From the IMG/VR virus record IMGVR_UViG_3300028591_000020, positions 11,596 through 75,595 of that record: a stretch of DNA of 64,000 bases; one strand, given 5' to 3'. The first letter of the stretch is position 1. The number at the start of each line of letters is the position of its first letter. Of this stretch, positions 40,233 through 48,608 are shown piece after piece. This DNA is from a virus. Lineage: Duplodnaviria > Caudoviricetes. The notes under the pieces are model-generated. The model saw only the letters and a program-made list of their open reading frames with translations. It was not told the DNA's origin and did not search any database. The position numbers were made by a program, and so were the translations under genes.

Positions 40233-40568
40233 ATGGAAACAAATGCAGTAGAAAAAGATGCTAAGCGCATCCACGAAGTGACAGGCCGACCAATGGCTGA
40301 GTGTGAAGAGCAGGCAAAGCAGATTGCCGAGTGTGTACGTGAAATGTGTGACCGCGTGGTGGAGTTCTTTTATCTCAAGAAGGATGGAACCACACGACAG
40401 GCTTTCGGTACGCTTCAGCAGGAAGTTGTCATTGCTCATGTGACAAGTCAGCCTTCCAAGGAACCAAACCCTGACCTCGTAACGTACTTTGATACTGAGG
40501 CTCAGGCATGGCGTTCCTTCAAGAAGGTTAACTTCAAGAGCTACGTAAAGCAGGGACAACAAGCATGA
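40233..40568 (+). CDS. WYL-like / SH3-barrel protein (DUF2693-like)
   Basis: VEFFYLKKDGTTRQAFGTL...YFDTEAQAWRSFK. Confidence 0.7.
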   Translation: METNAVEKDAKRIHEVTGRPMAECEEQAKQIAECVREMCDRVVEFFYLKKDGTTRQAFGTLQQEVVIAHVTSQPSKEPNPDLVTYFDTEAQAWRSFKKVNFKSYVKQGQQA

Positions 40569-40702
40569 CGAATATCGCGAAATATGCTTGGTGTCTCTTC
40601 CTTGCAGCCCTGACGTTTGGTATCTGGACGCTCCCAATCTTAATCGTCTTGGTCCTCGTCAATCTCTATCTTATCAAAAAGCATCCCGAATGGTACAAAT
40701 GA
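40565..40702 (+). CDS. Small membrane protein (45 aa)
   Basis: Hydrophobic MTNIAKYAWCLFLAALTFGIW... Confidence 0.5.
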   Translation: MTNIAKYAWCLFLAALTFGIWTLPILIVLVLVNLYLIKKHPEWYK

Positions 40703-40761
40703 AGTCTCAAGCCGTGCAAAGGACACGGCACACATTATTAACCCCTAAAATGTAGTGAATT

Positions 40762-41676
40762 ATGAAAAAAGAAAAGAACATTTGCGTAGAAGAAGTTGCC
40801 AAAGTTCCTGTTGTGAAGTACTACTTTTACAGGAAAGACACGAATGGCTATCTGAAAACGGATGGTGGGCTTGTTTATGTGTCAGTCACGGCTATCAGCA
40901 TTGACTTCAAGAAACAGCTCTTAGTAACGACGCTCACAGACAAGAGCGGCAAGGAGTATCTGAAAGAAGGTAAATTCTCTCTTTATGCAAGTCCAGAGGC
41001 GTACGAAGCTGACGATCCAATGAGAATGAACGTGTATCAGACGTGGGAACTTCTTAAGTTTGCCGATTGGGGCCGACTGACTGATTGCGCTGTTGGTATT
41101 GTTGACGAGGAAGAAGGCAAGCAATCCTGTTATATCAAGGTATGGATATTCGAGGATGGTGGTGCAAAAGAAATTCCCGTTGTCATCAACTCCATTGCCT
41201 GCGACACGTACGAGAAATGGCACTTGACCGACGGCAACATTCCTGTGAAGATATGGGAAACCAGAGCTGACGCATACGCCTGCAACGAATATCAGATTAC
41301 TGATAGTGACGGCGAGGTGTTCACTGAGGAAGGATTTCAGAAAAGACTTGTACCGACTCCTGCACAGTGGGTTGTCATTAAGCAGATGAAGGTGCTCTTC
41401 GATAAAGCAAAGGCATTAGGACTCCGCTTCATGTGGGACCGCGAATATGGCGGTAACCTCAAGGCTGTAAACTATGAGAATGTACACATCTTCGAGTACG
41501 ACGCTCAAGCGTTTGAAGGTGGCGACCTCGTTCAGGTCAAGGACCTTGCGTTTGCAGATACCGGAATTGACTTCTTCGATTACTGTGGTGACGAGGGTGA
41601 TAGATATAAGTTTGCCCTCAATCCAACAGCGCGTCAGAAAAAGGAATGGCTCAAAGCCACTCAAGGTAACGAGTAG
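40762..41676 (+). CDS. Hypothetical protein
   Basis: 304 aa flanked by modules. Confidence 0.75.
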   Translation: MKKEKNICVEEVAKVPVVKYYFYRKDTNGYLKTDGGLVYVSVTAISIDFKKQLLVTTLTDKSGKEYLKEGKFSLYASPEAYEADDPMRMNVYQTWELLKFADWGRLTDCAVGIVDEEEGKQSCYIKVWIFEDGGAKEIPVVINSIACDTYEKWHLTDGNIPVKIWETRADAYACNEYQITDSDGEVFTEEGFQKRLVPTPAQWVVIKQMKVLFDKAKALGLRFMWDREYGGNLKAVNYENVHIFEYDAQAFEGGDLVQVKDLAFADTGIDFFDYCGDEGDRYKFALNPTARQKKEWLKATQGNE

Positions 41677-41714
41677 TCTTTCTCCCTGCTTGCATGCAGG
41701 GAACAACAAACCAA

Positions 41715-42150
41715 GTTTTGTTCGCTACGAGCAATCTCACGGCTCGCAGTTGCCATCAGTGGGTGACAGTAGGGAAAGACCTCCGTCTCATTCTCCACCA
41801 CGTATCAGACGTAAAAGCACGGGTGCGGTTTGTGACATGACAAAGTACACGTTGTGCGGCAGACGGGAGAAATTCAAGCACTTAGCATTTCGGTTCCTCT
41901 CACTCCTTAATAAAGAGAGCATGCGAAAGCCGTCGAAGCCACTTAGGGACGTAAAGGCAGTGGGGGTATGCAACCACCAAGTGAGTAACATCGGCTGATG
42001 AAGGAAAATAACAGGGCGTGCCGTGCGGCCATAGAGGCGGATAGTGCAGACCACACCTGCGCGAATGACAACCAAAGGCTACCGTTTAACGCTAACGCAA
42101 AAGCGCAAGCCATGGAACAACTATTCACGGAATTATCGTGTCTGAATTGG
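41715..42150 (+). ncRNA. Candidate structured ncRNA occupying a cassette slot
   Basis: No credible ORF; nested multi-branch stems; bracketed by modules at 41675 and 42155. Confidence 0.4.
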
Positions 42151-42210
42151 TAAAAGTCTTACAGGGAATGTGGACGCACATTCCCTACCAATAACCAACT
42201 ACACAAGATT

Positions 42211-42729
42211 ATGGCAAAGTTAAACGTCTATTCATTTGCCGACTATAACTCTGTCCGTTTCCTCGCCCATCAGGTGAAGGATGGTAACGACAGCAGTATC
42301 AGTCGTGCAGCTCGTTACATGGCGCATCTTGTGTCGTGTATCGCTGACGAGCGATGTGTTATCATTCCTGTACCTGGTCGTACAGGTGTCGCTCTCTACA
42401 CAAAGGTTCTTGCCGAACGTATCTCTGAGTTGACTGGTGTATGTGTCGTGGACTGCCTAAAGTGCAAGCCACACATGACTCAGTATCTCCGCAAGATACG
42501 CTATGGACTTGACAGCATGCGTCCGATGGATTTCTCCATCACTCAGGACGTTCCATCAGACGTTATCCCTATCCTCATAGATAACGTTCTCGACACAGGT
42601 ACTACCATCATGTCAGCCATGAAGGCATTGAACAGAACTCTCTACGTCGTTGTGCTTGGCAACACGCACAACTTCCTGCATTTCAATTATCCTATCAACC
42701 TCTACGAACAGTCTCTTGCTCTCCAGTAA
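42211..42729 (+). CDS. ComF-like phosphoribosyltransferase-fold protein
   Basis: VIIPVP and ILIDNVLDTGTT PRPP-binding-type motif. Confidence 0.75.
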   Translation: MAKLNVYSFADYNSVRFLAHQVKDGNDSSISRAARYMAHLVSCIADERCVIIPVPGRTGVALYTKVLAERISELTGVCVVDCLKCKPHMTQYLRKIRYGLDSMRPMDFSITQDVPSDVIPILIDNVLDTGTTIMSAMKALNRTLYVVVLGNTHNFLHFNYPINLYEQSLALQ

Positions 42730-42767
42730 CATGGAGAGTGCTATTAACCCATAAAATTATCAAGAAT

Positions 42768-43094
42768 ATGACAAAGATTACCTACAATGAGCAAGAACTT
42801 CGCCTTGTGCAGTCTCGCTATCAGAACAACAATGCGCTCTACGTTGGACTCGTTGACAATGACGGAGAGTTTTATGCAGATGTGACGGTCAACATGCCCA
42901 TCAGCAGCACTATGCCGACTGACTGCGCTTTCGTTGACACAAACAATCTCTCTTGGAAAATCATCGAAGTGCTGACTGATGCAGGTATTGTGACACCTAT
43001 CCATCAGACGTGCAGAAGTGGTTTCTATCAGTATCATGCTTTCCGCTTTCAGAATCTCTGGGATATTGATGACATCACAGCAGCGATCAACTAA
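42768..43094 (+). CDS. DUF4313-like protein
   Basis: YQNNNALYVGL...YADVTVNM...AFVDTNN. Confidence 0.6.
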   Translation: MTKITYNEQELRLVQSRYQNNNALYVGLVDNDGEFYADVTVNMPISSTMPTDCAFVDTNNLSWKIIEVLTDAGIVTPIHQTCRSGFYQYHAFRFQNLWDIDDITAAIN

Positions 43095-43296
43095 GTACGA
43101 AGCCGTCTGCGAGTCAGGAAATACGGATGCTGACACCATCATAAAGTTCCCTGACCGCGAATCGGCAGAAATGTTCTGTCAGATTTGGCGTGCCTCGCAT
43201 CCTGGCACCCATGCTTGGGTACGAGAGACACAGCACCGCCACATGGAGCACAACACGCTTGGCCGTTCCGTAATGACGGTGGACCTCTACGATTAG
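43069..43296 (+). CDS. Small hypothetical protein
   Basis: 75 aa ending at a module; start uncertain. Confidence 0.45.
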   Translation: MTSQQRSTKYEAVCESGNTDADTIIKFPDRESAEMFCQIWRASHPGTHAWVRETQHRHMEHNTLGRSVMTVDLYD

Positions 43297-43356
43297 CCTC
43301 AGTGTGCAGCGTGATTTTGTCACGCTGTTCCCAATAACCCCTAAATACATCAGAAT

Positions 43357-43893
43357 ATGAATGAATACAAACCAATCTTCGCCTGCTATGAAGAAATCAA
43401 GCAGCGTGAAATCAGAGAATTGAAGGATGCGGTACGAGCAGCGAGAGGGCAGTATGTTTTCCCGAAGGATAAACATCCGTATGTGATGTGCAACCTCGAC
43501 TCTGGCCCGTGTGACCTACGTGTTGACAGCGTAGAGATACAAAACATTTCAGACGTAGATGTACTGGTCATCTTTGGTTACGACGAGCAGGCAGGGCAGG
43601 CAGTTGAAATCTCTCTTGAGGATATTGCTTACAGCCATATCTCGTTTATCACAGAGGCTATTCCCGTTCGCAAGTTCACACAATCTTCATTCTCTATCTC
43701 TCGCCTCAGTCGTGAAGACCTTGAACAAAAAGGATTTGATACGTCTGACGTGGATGACAAGACGATGGAAAAGCTGGCTTCTAAGCTGGGTGATGACTAT
43801 TGCGAACAACTCTTTTGGATTTCGCTCGAAATCATTGCCGAATCTATGGGCATTCCTCGCAGAGAGGACCACAAAGAGGATGATGACGAATAG
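43357..43893 (+). CDS. Acidic hypothetical protein
   Basis: 178 aa; LSREDLEQKGFD...DDKTMEKLA motif. Confidence 0.7.
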   Translation: MNEYKPIFACYEEIKQREIRELKDAVRAARGQYVFPKDKHPYVMCNLDSGPCDLRVDSVEIQNISDVDVLVIFGYDEQAGQAVEISLEDIAYSHISFITEAIPVRKFTQSSFSISRLSREDLEQKGFDTSDVDDKTMEKLASKLGDDYCEQLFWISLEIIAESMGIPRREDHKEDDDE

Positions 43894-43895
43894 CT

Positions 43896-44105
43896 ATGGC
43901 CACCATCCGCTTGCAGCTCATTAAGGGCTTCTTCTATCCGACGGATGCAGATAGTCGTAAGATTCTCGAAGAGAGTATGCGGCTTGACCGCATCCCACTT
44001 GAACGAATAGACGTGGTATCTCCCAAACTTGTGAAAGCTGGTCATGCTCTGGCTATCACAGGCTGGGACCCACCGCCTGTTCCCGTGCGCTTTTCGTCTC
44101 TTTAG
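43896..44105 (+). CDS. Small hypothetical protein
   Basis: 69 aa. Confidence 0.5.
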   Translation: MATIRLQLIKGFFYPTDADSRKILEESMRLDRIPLERIDVVSPKLVKAGHALAITGWDPPPVPVRFSSL

Positions 44106-44155
44106 CCGTAAGAAATTTACGGCACTACCTAACCCCTTAAAAGAAAGGATTGAAT

Positions 44156-45064
44156 ATGAGTCAAAACAATGTTTATCAGATGGTGACTGACCGCATCGTG
44201 GCACAGCTGGAGCAAGGGCTTGTTCCTTGGCATAAGCCGTGGACGGGCGTAGGTCTTGAAGATGGTGGAGCTATCAACTATGTCAGCCGAAAGCCTTACA
44301 GTATGCTGAATCAGATGCTTCTTGGACGCGAGGGAGAATATCTCACCTTCAAGCAGATCAAGGAGCGTGGAGGTAGTATCAAGAAGGGAGCGAAAGCTGG
44401 TGTCGTGGTATTCTTCACCACTACGACCTATACCAAGCGCGAGGAAGTGCAGGAAGATGGCTCTACCGAGACTGTCAACGTCGTAAAGGAACATCTTATG
44501 CCTGTGCTCAAGTACTACAACGTCTTTCATATTGACGATTGTGAGGGTATCGAGAGCAAGATTAAGGTTGAAGAGGATGCTGGACCGAAGATTTCTCCCA
44601 TCGAGTCAGCCGAGAAGGTTCTGAACGGCTACGTCGAACGAGAGAAAGAACTGCAGTTCCGCAACAATATACCGACTGACCGGGCCTACTATTCTCCGAC
44701 ACTCGACCTTATCTCTGTTCCTATGCTCTCTCAGTACGAGATTGCGGAAGAGTATTACTCGACCACGTTCCACGAAGCGATTCACTCTACCATGCCAGAG
44801 AATCGTTGCAACCGCAAATCTGAGCAGAAACTTGCTGCCTTTGGTAGTGAGGACTATTCTCGCGAGGAACTTGTGGCCGAGATTGGCTCTGCCATGCTCT
44901 GCAACAATGTTGGCATCGACTGCGAGAAGGCTTTCAAGAACTCTGTAGCCTATATCCAGGGATGGCTTAAGAAGCTCAAGAACGACAATCGAATGATTGT
45001 GTGGGCTGCATCCCGTGCTGAGAAGGCTGCAAAGTACATTCTTGGTGAGCCTGACGCTGAGTAG
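44156..45064 (+). CDS. ardC: ArdC-family antirestriction protein (ssDNA-binding domain + zincin-like domain)
   Basis: VYQMVTDRIVAQLEQGLVPWHKPW, YSMLNQ, FHEAIHST (HExxH), YSREELVAEIGSA. Confidence 0.9.
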   Translation: MSQNNVYQMVTDRIVAQLEQGLVPWHKPWTGVGLEDGGAINYVSRKPYSMLNQMLLGREGEYLTFKQIKERGGSIKKGAKAGVVVFFTTTTYTKREEVQEDGSTETVNVVKEHLMPVLKYYNVFHIDDCEGIESKIKVEEDAGPKISPIESAEKVLNGYVEREKELQFRNNIPTDRAYYSPTLDLISVPMLSQYEIAEEYYSTTFHEAIHSTMPENRCNRKSEQKLAAFGSEDYSREELVAEIGSAMLCNNVGIDCEKAFKNSVAYIQGWLKKLKNDNRMIVWAASRAEKAAKYILGEPDAE

Positions 45065-45121
45065 TCTATCATTCCTGATGTGTAAGGCATCGGGAACTAT
45101 AAACCAAACAATATCAAGAAT

Positions 45122-45820
45122 ATGGAAAGAACATTTTTACCCGTAAACTGTTGGGCAGCGGAAGATATTCCGTCCAACAAACTGATTGAGGGCAACCCCG
45201 AGAACATGAGTAATGCAGAATTGCTCTCTATCATCATTGGCACTGGCTCCGATAAGGAGAATAGTGTAGAACTTGCACGTCGCATCCTTCTAACCTGTGA
45301 CAACAAGCTTTCAGAGCTGGCTAAGAAGTGCAACAACCCCAACAATCTCACCTACATGCGTGGCGTGGGCAAGCAGAAAACTGCTAAGATTATAGCAGCT
45401 CTCGAACTTGGCAAGCGTCGCCAGCATGAGCAGGCCACCGAACGGCCTGAACTCAAAACGGCAGTACGAGTCTATAATATGATGGCTCCTATCATGCAGG
45501 ATTTGGAAAAGGAAGAGTTTTGGGTGCTTCTCATGGGTCAGCACTTCAAGCTGATAAAGAAGTTCCGGCTGTCACAGGGTGGTATCTCTGAGGTGTCCGT
45601 GGATATTCGCATCATCATGAAGGAAGCGGTTCTGAATAACGCCACCGTCTTGGCTGTCTGTCATAACCATCCCTCTGGCTCTCTGAATCCGAGCAAATGT
45701 GATGACGATATAACATTCAGCCTCAAGAAAGCCTGTGATGTTATGCGCATCCATCTCAGCGATCATGTCATTATAACTGATGGCGCATACTACAGCTATC
45801 GCGAGCAAGGAAGAATCTGA
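45122..45820 (+). CDS. radC: RadC / JAB-domain protein
   Basis: MSNAELLSIIIGTG, EEFWVLLM, HNHPSG, DHVII. Confidence 0.9.
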   Translation: MERTFLPVNCWAAEDIPSNKLIEGNPENMSNAELLSIIIGTGSDKENSVELARRILLTCDNKLSELAKKCNNPNNLTYMRGVGKQKTAKIIAALELGKRRQHEQATERPELKTAVRVYNMMAPIMQDLEKEEFWVLLMGQHFKLIKKFRLSQGGISEVSVDIRIIMKEAVLNNATVLAVCHNHPSGSLNPSKCDDDITFSLKKACDVMRIHLSDHVIITDGAYYSYREQGRI

Positions 45821-45840
45821 CCAACAAATGACCAACAATT

Positions 45841-46056
45841 ATGTTATACACCGACGTTCAAGCTCAGGAACTCGTAGGGCAGGTTCTCGAATCTCTCAAC
45901 GAGGATGGCCGTTATCCTCTCCATGAGGGAGATATGGGCTACTACAAGAATGCCAATGGAATCTGGACGGCTTGGGATAATTCTACAGGCGACTGCTGGG
46001 TAGAGGATTTCAAGACCCGAAAGGAGGCCATTGAATGGTTAGGAAATGTTAATTAG
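45841..46056 (+). CDS. Small hypothetical protein
   Basis: WTAWDNSTGDCWVEDFKT...AIEWL motif. Confidence 0.65.
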   Translation: MLYTDVQAQELVGQVLESLNEDGRYPLHEGDMGYYKNANGIWTAWDNSTGDCWVEDFKTRKEAIEWLGNVN

Positions 46057-46096
46057 TCTTTTTATCCTGCATGACATTTGCCGTGCAGGATGCAAC

Positions 46097-46219
46097 TCAC
46101 ACAGCAACTCACACACTGATTCACACAGTAATTCACACACTTAACACATTGTGTATCAAAGAGTTAATGCAAAACATCACACACCAATTCACACAGCGAT
46201 TCACACACTAACTCACACA
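46097..46219 (+). repeat. Iteron-like array: 2 blocks of 4 TCACACA at 12-bp period, followed by an AT-rich tract
   Basis: Copies at 46097, 46109, 46121, 46133, 46177, 46189, 46201, 46213. Confidence 0.85.
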
Positions 46220-46379
46220 ATCGCGCGTGTGTATATAAAGGTACGTGCGCGTTTATTGTTATATAATAAATATATATTCTACCAGTATATATATACTTGT
46301 TCAAAAACGACTTTTTGTCTCTGATGTTAAAAATTCAGAAAACATCCTATATTATAAACCAAATTATTAATTTTGCAAT

Positions 46380-47354
46380 ATGAAAGAATTAAGAGGTCTC
46401 AGTTTAGACCAAAACAAGAAGTTCAAGTTCGCTATAGAATGCGGATATTTGGACGATTGGGAAACTGACCCACGAAAATGGAAACATACTTTCGTAGGTG
46501 CTTTCCTATGGAAATATCCCTCAAGGGTTAAAATCCTGAATATCCTCAAGGATATTATAGGCAACATACCTACGTGGGGTGACTTGAATGACGAGACATT
46601 ACGCGACCTCGTAGATGAACTGATAGAGCAGGGCCTTGCCACGTCATCCATCAGAACGATGTGTGCAGAGCTGAAAGTGGTACTCAATGAGAATGTGAAA
46701 AAAGTACCATGCGACAGCTTCCAGAAGATATTGTCTGTGAAGGGGTCGGCAACAAAGCCAGTCTATCTGACGAGTAGCGAAATGGAACTCCTTCTTGCTT
46801 TCAAGCCTCGTACAGAGACGGAACACTACGTGCATCGTAACTTCTGCGTCTCTATGCTCACGGGCGCAAGGCTTGTAGATACATTGAAGCTAACCATCAG
46901 TAATTGTGACATTGAAACAAATATGCTGTCATACATTCCTCAGAAGACTCCTGGCATTGTCGTACACGTTCCCGTTGATGAACGGCACCACCTGCGAACG
47001 TTCCTTGCAGATATACCAAAGAACGACAGGTGCCTTGATACGTACAACGAGGTCATACGACGCATCTGTGAGCTTGTTGGCATTGACACGGTATGTAATG
47101 CCGTCAAGGCAGGAAAGGACGTGACAGCACCAAAGTATCAGCTTGTCAGCTCTCATACAGCACGTCGCTCCTTTGCGACGAATCTATATTTGGCTGGTGT
47201 GTCGCTCGAAGACATATCCATGATGATGGGCCACGGCAAGAATATCGAGACAACAAAACGGTATATCTGTGCAGAGCGTGCGCTGAATCCAAACGTCATG
47301 TCATACTTCCAGCAGCCAGTCACCACTCCCTCTGAACTATCAGAGGTTGGTTAG
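46380..47354 (+). CDS. Tyrosine recombinase without an evident arm-binding domain
   Basis: TGAR, HTARR, MMGH and RY catalytic residues; 324 aa. Confidence 0.9.
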   Translation: MKELRGLSLDQNKKFKFAIECGYLDDWETDPRKWKHTFVGAFLWKYPSRVKILNILKDIIGNIPTWGDLNDETLRDLVDELIEQGLATSSIRTMCAELKVVLNENVKKVPCDSFQKILSVKGSATKPVYLTSSEMELLLAFKPRTETEHYVHRNFCVSMLTGARLVDTLKLTISNCDIETNMLSYIPQKTPGIVVHVPVDERHHLRTFLADIPKNDRCLDTYNEVIRRICELVGIDTVCNAVKAGKDVTAPKYQLVSSHTARRSFATNLYLAGVSLEDISMMMGHGKNIETTKRYICAERALNPNVMSYFQQPVTTPSELSEVG

Positions 47355-47356
47355 TC

Positions 47357-48589
47357 TCAAGGCAGGGTTTTCCCTGCCACAAAATCAACCACTCTTCTCA
47401 CAGCATTGTCTATCTTACGCTGGTCATGGGCGATATAACGTGCCGTAACGCGCTTACTCCAAGAATGCCCGAGACACTGGCCGATAGTCTGCTCACTGAT
47501 GTCAAGGTCGTTTGCAGCTATTGATCCGAACGAGTAGCGTGCTGAATAGAGTGTGATGTCAGGACAGAGTGGTGCATACTCCATCTTTCGGAGCTTACCT
47601 ACTTTGTCCTTTACCTTCCAGCTTGGACCAACCTTCTGCAGAGCTTCGTTGGCTTGCTTGGCGAACGAGTGATAGTCGCTCCTGCAGTCCATAAAACTAA
47701 CGAGCCAGCCCTCTCTCGAAGGATAGCGGTCAATAATCTCCTGCGCCTCTGGCAGTACTGGCAGGGTGATGACACGAATCTTCGTCACACCTTCCTTATT
47801 CGTTTTCTTTCTGATAAACGAGATGTGGCCATCCTTGATGCTGTCTGCTTTGAGCGATAGCAGGTCAACGGGATTGATGCCTGCAAGGTAGAACGATAGG
47901 AAGAAGAAGTCAACGTATGGCCGTTGCCACGGCTCACAAGGATAATCTCTGAGTCGTCTCAGTTCCTCGACGGAAAGATTGTTGGGAACTGTCTCTTCCT
48001 CTCTGATGTGATAGTCCAGGAAAGGATAGTTTGTGGTCATTCCCTTGCGTCTGGCCCAATTGAACACAGCACGGATATTCCTCAGTTCCTTTGCCACGCC
48101 ATTTATCTTCATGCCATGCTTGATGCAGTGGTCATAGAACGAGTCCATCCAGTCTTTTTCGATTGAAAAATCAGCGTTTCGATCGAACGATTCCACCTTC
48201 CTCGCTGTTATCCTATACAAAACAGCCGTTTGTTCCCTTTTTGTGGCGGCGAACGATTGGATAGCATCTGACAGGGCGAACGGCTTGGCTTTCTTCTGAA
48301 TGCCGAAAACCTCATTCAAAATACGCTCCTTGAGTTCTTTGTTGCTCAGCCCTGCAATATCCCGTTCGAGACATAGCGAGGTTACAGAGGCGAAATATTT
48401 GCCCAATAGGATAGTCTTACGCTTCCAATCTCTATCAGACTTTGGAAACGACATCTCAACCAGCTTATCACATGTAGTGATGCCAGTGTTCACGAAAAAT
48501 CTGCCCTGCTTCGTACTGACGATGAAGTACACAGGGAAAGAGCCGTCTTTGTTCGCTCTTGTTGTGTTTACATAAGGATAAATCTTCAT
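47357..48589 (-). CDS. int: Phage integrase (tyrosine family)
   Basis: 410 aa; N-terminal arm-binding-type beta domain; YSARYS, LGHSW and RY (variant residues); adjacent to attP. Confidence 0.9.
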   Translation of the reverse strand: MKIYPYVNTTRANKDGSFPVYFIVSTKQGRFFVNTGITTCDKLVEMSFPKSDRDWKRKTILLGKYFASVTSLCLERDIAGLSNKELKERILNEVFGIQKKAKPFALSDAIQSFAATKREQTAVLYRITARKVESFDRNADFSIEKDWMDSFYDHCIKHGMKINGVAKELRNIRAVFNWARRKGMTTNYPFLDYHIREEETVPNNLSVEELRRLRDYPCEPWQRPYVDFFFLSFYLAGINPVDLLSLKADSIKDGHISFIRKKTNKEGVTKIRVITLPVLPEAQEIIDRYPSREGWLVSFMDCRSDYHSFAKQANEALQKVGPSWKVKDKVGKLRKMEYAPLCPDITLYSARYSFGSIAANDLDISEQTIGQCLGHSWSKRVTARYIAHDQRKIDNAVRRVVDFVAGKTLP

Positions 48590-48608
48590 ATTCTGAGTAT
48601 TAACTGGT

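Larger units (their letters stand above)
36498..47378 (+). repeat. Dispersed intergenic module AG(T/C)CT + hairpin + AACC-rich leader (18 copies)
   Basis: Pentamer at 36498, 36844, 37151, 37378, 37910, 38359, 39300, 39785, 40175, 40703, 41675, 42155, 42710, 43295, 44096 (GTCT), 45063, 46055, 47353; one more at 57400. Confidence 0.8.

Noticed and set aside
41995-42010. Hammerhead core CTGATGA...GAAA
   Set aside because: No stem II between the motifs and no matching stem III/cleavage triplet.
46097-46219. CRISPR array or simple microsatellite
   Set aside because: The repeat is 7 bp at 12-bp period and matches the initiator-gene iterons; no CRISPR-sized repeat-spacer array was seen anywhere in the window.
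36498-47378. Modules as classical integron attC sites or intrinsic terminators
   Set aside because: No RYYYAAC/GTTRRRY boxes flanking the stems, no IntI-specific insertion recognised in the recombinase, and no U-tract after the hairpins.
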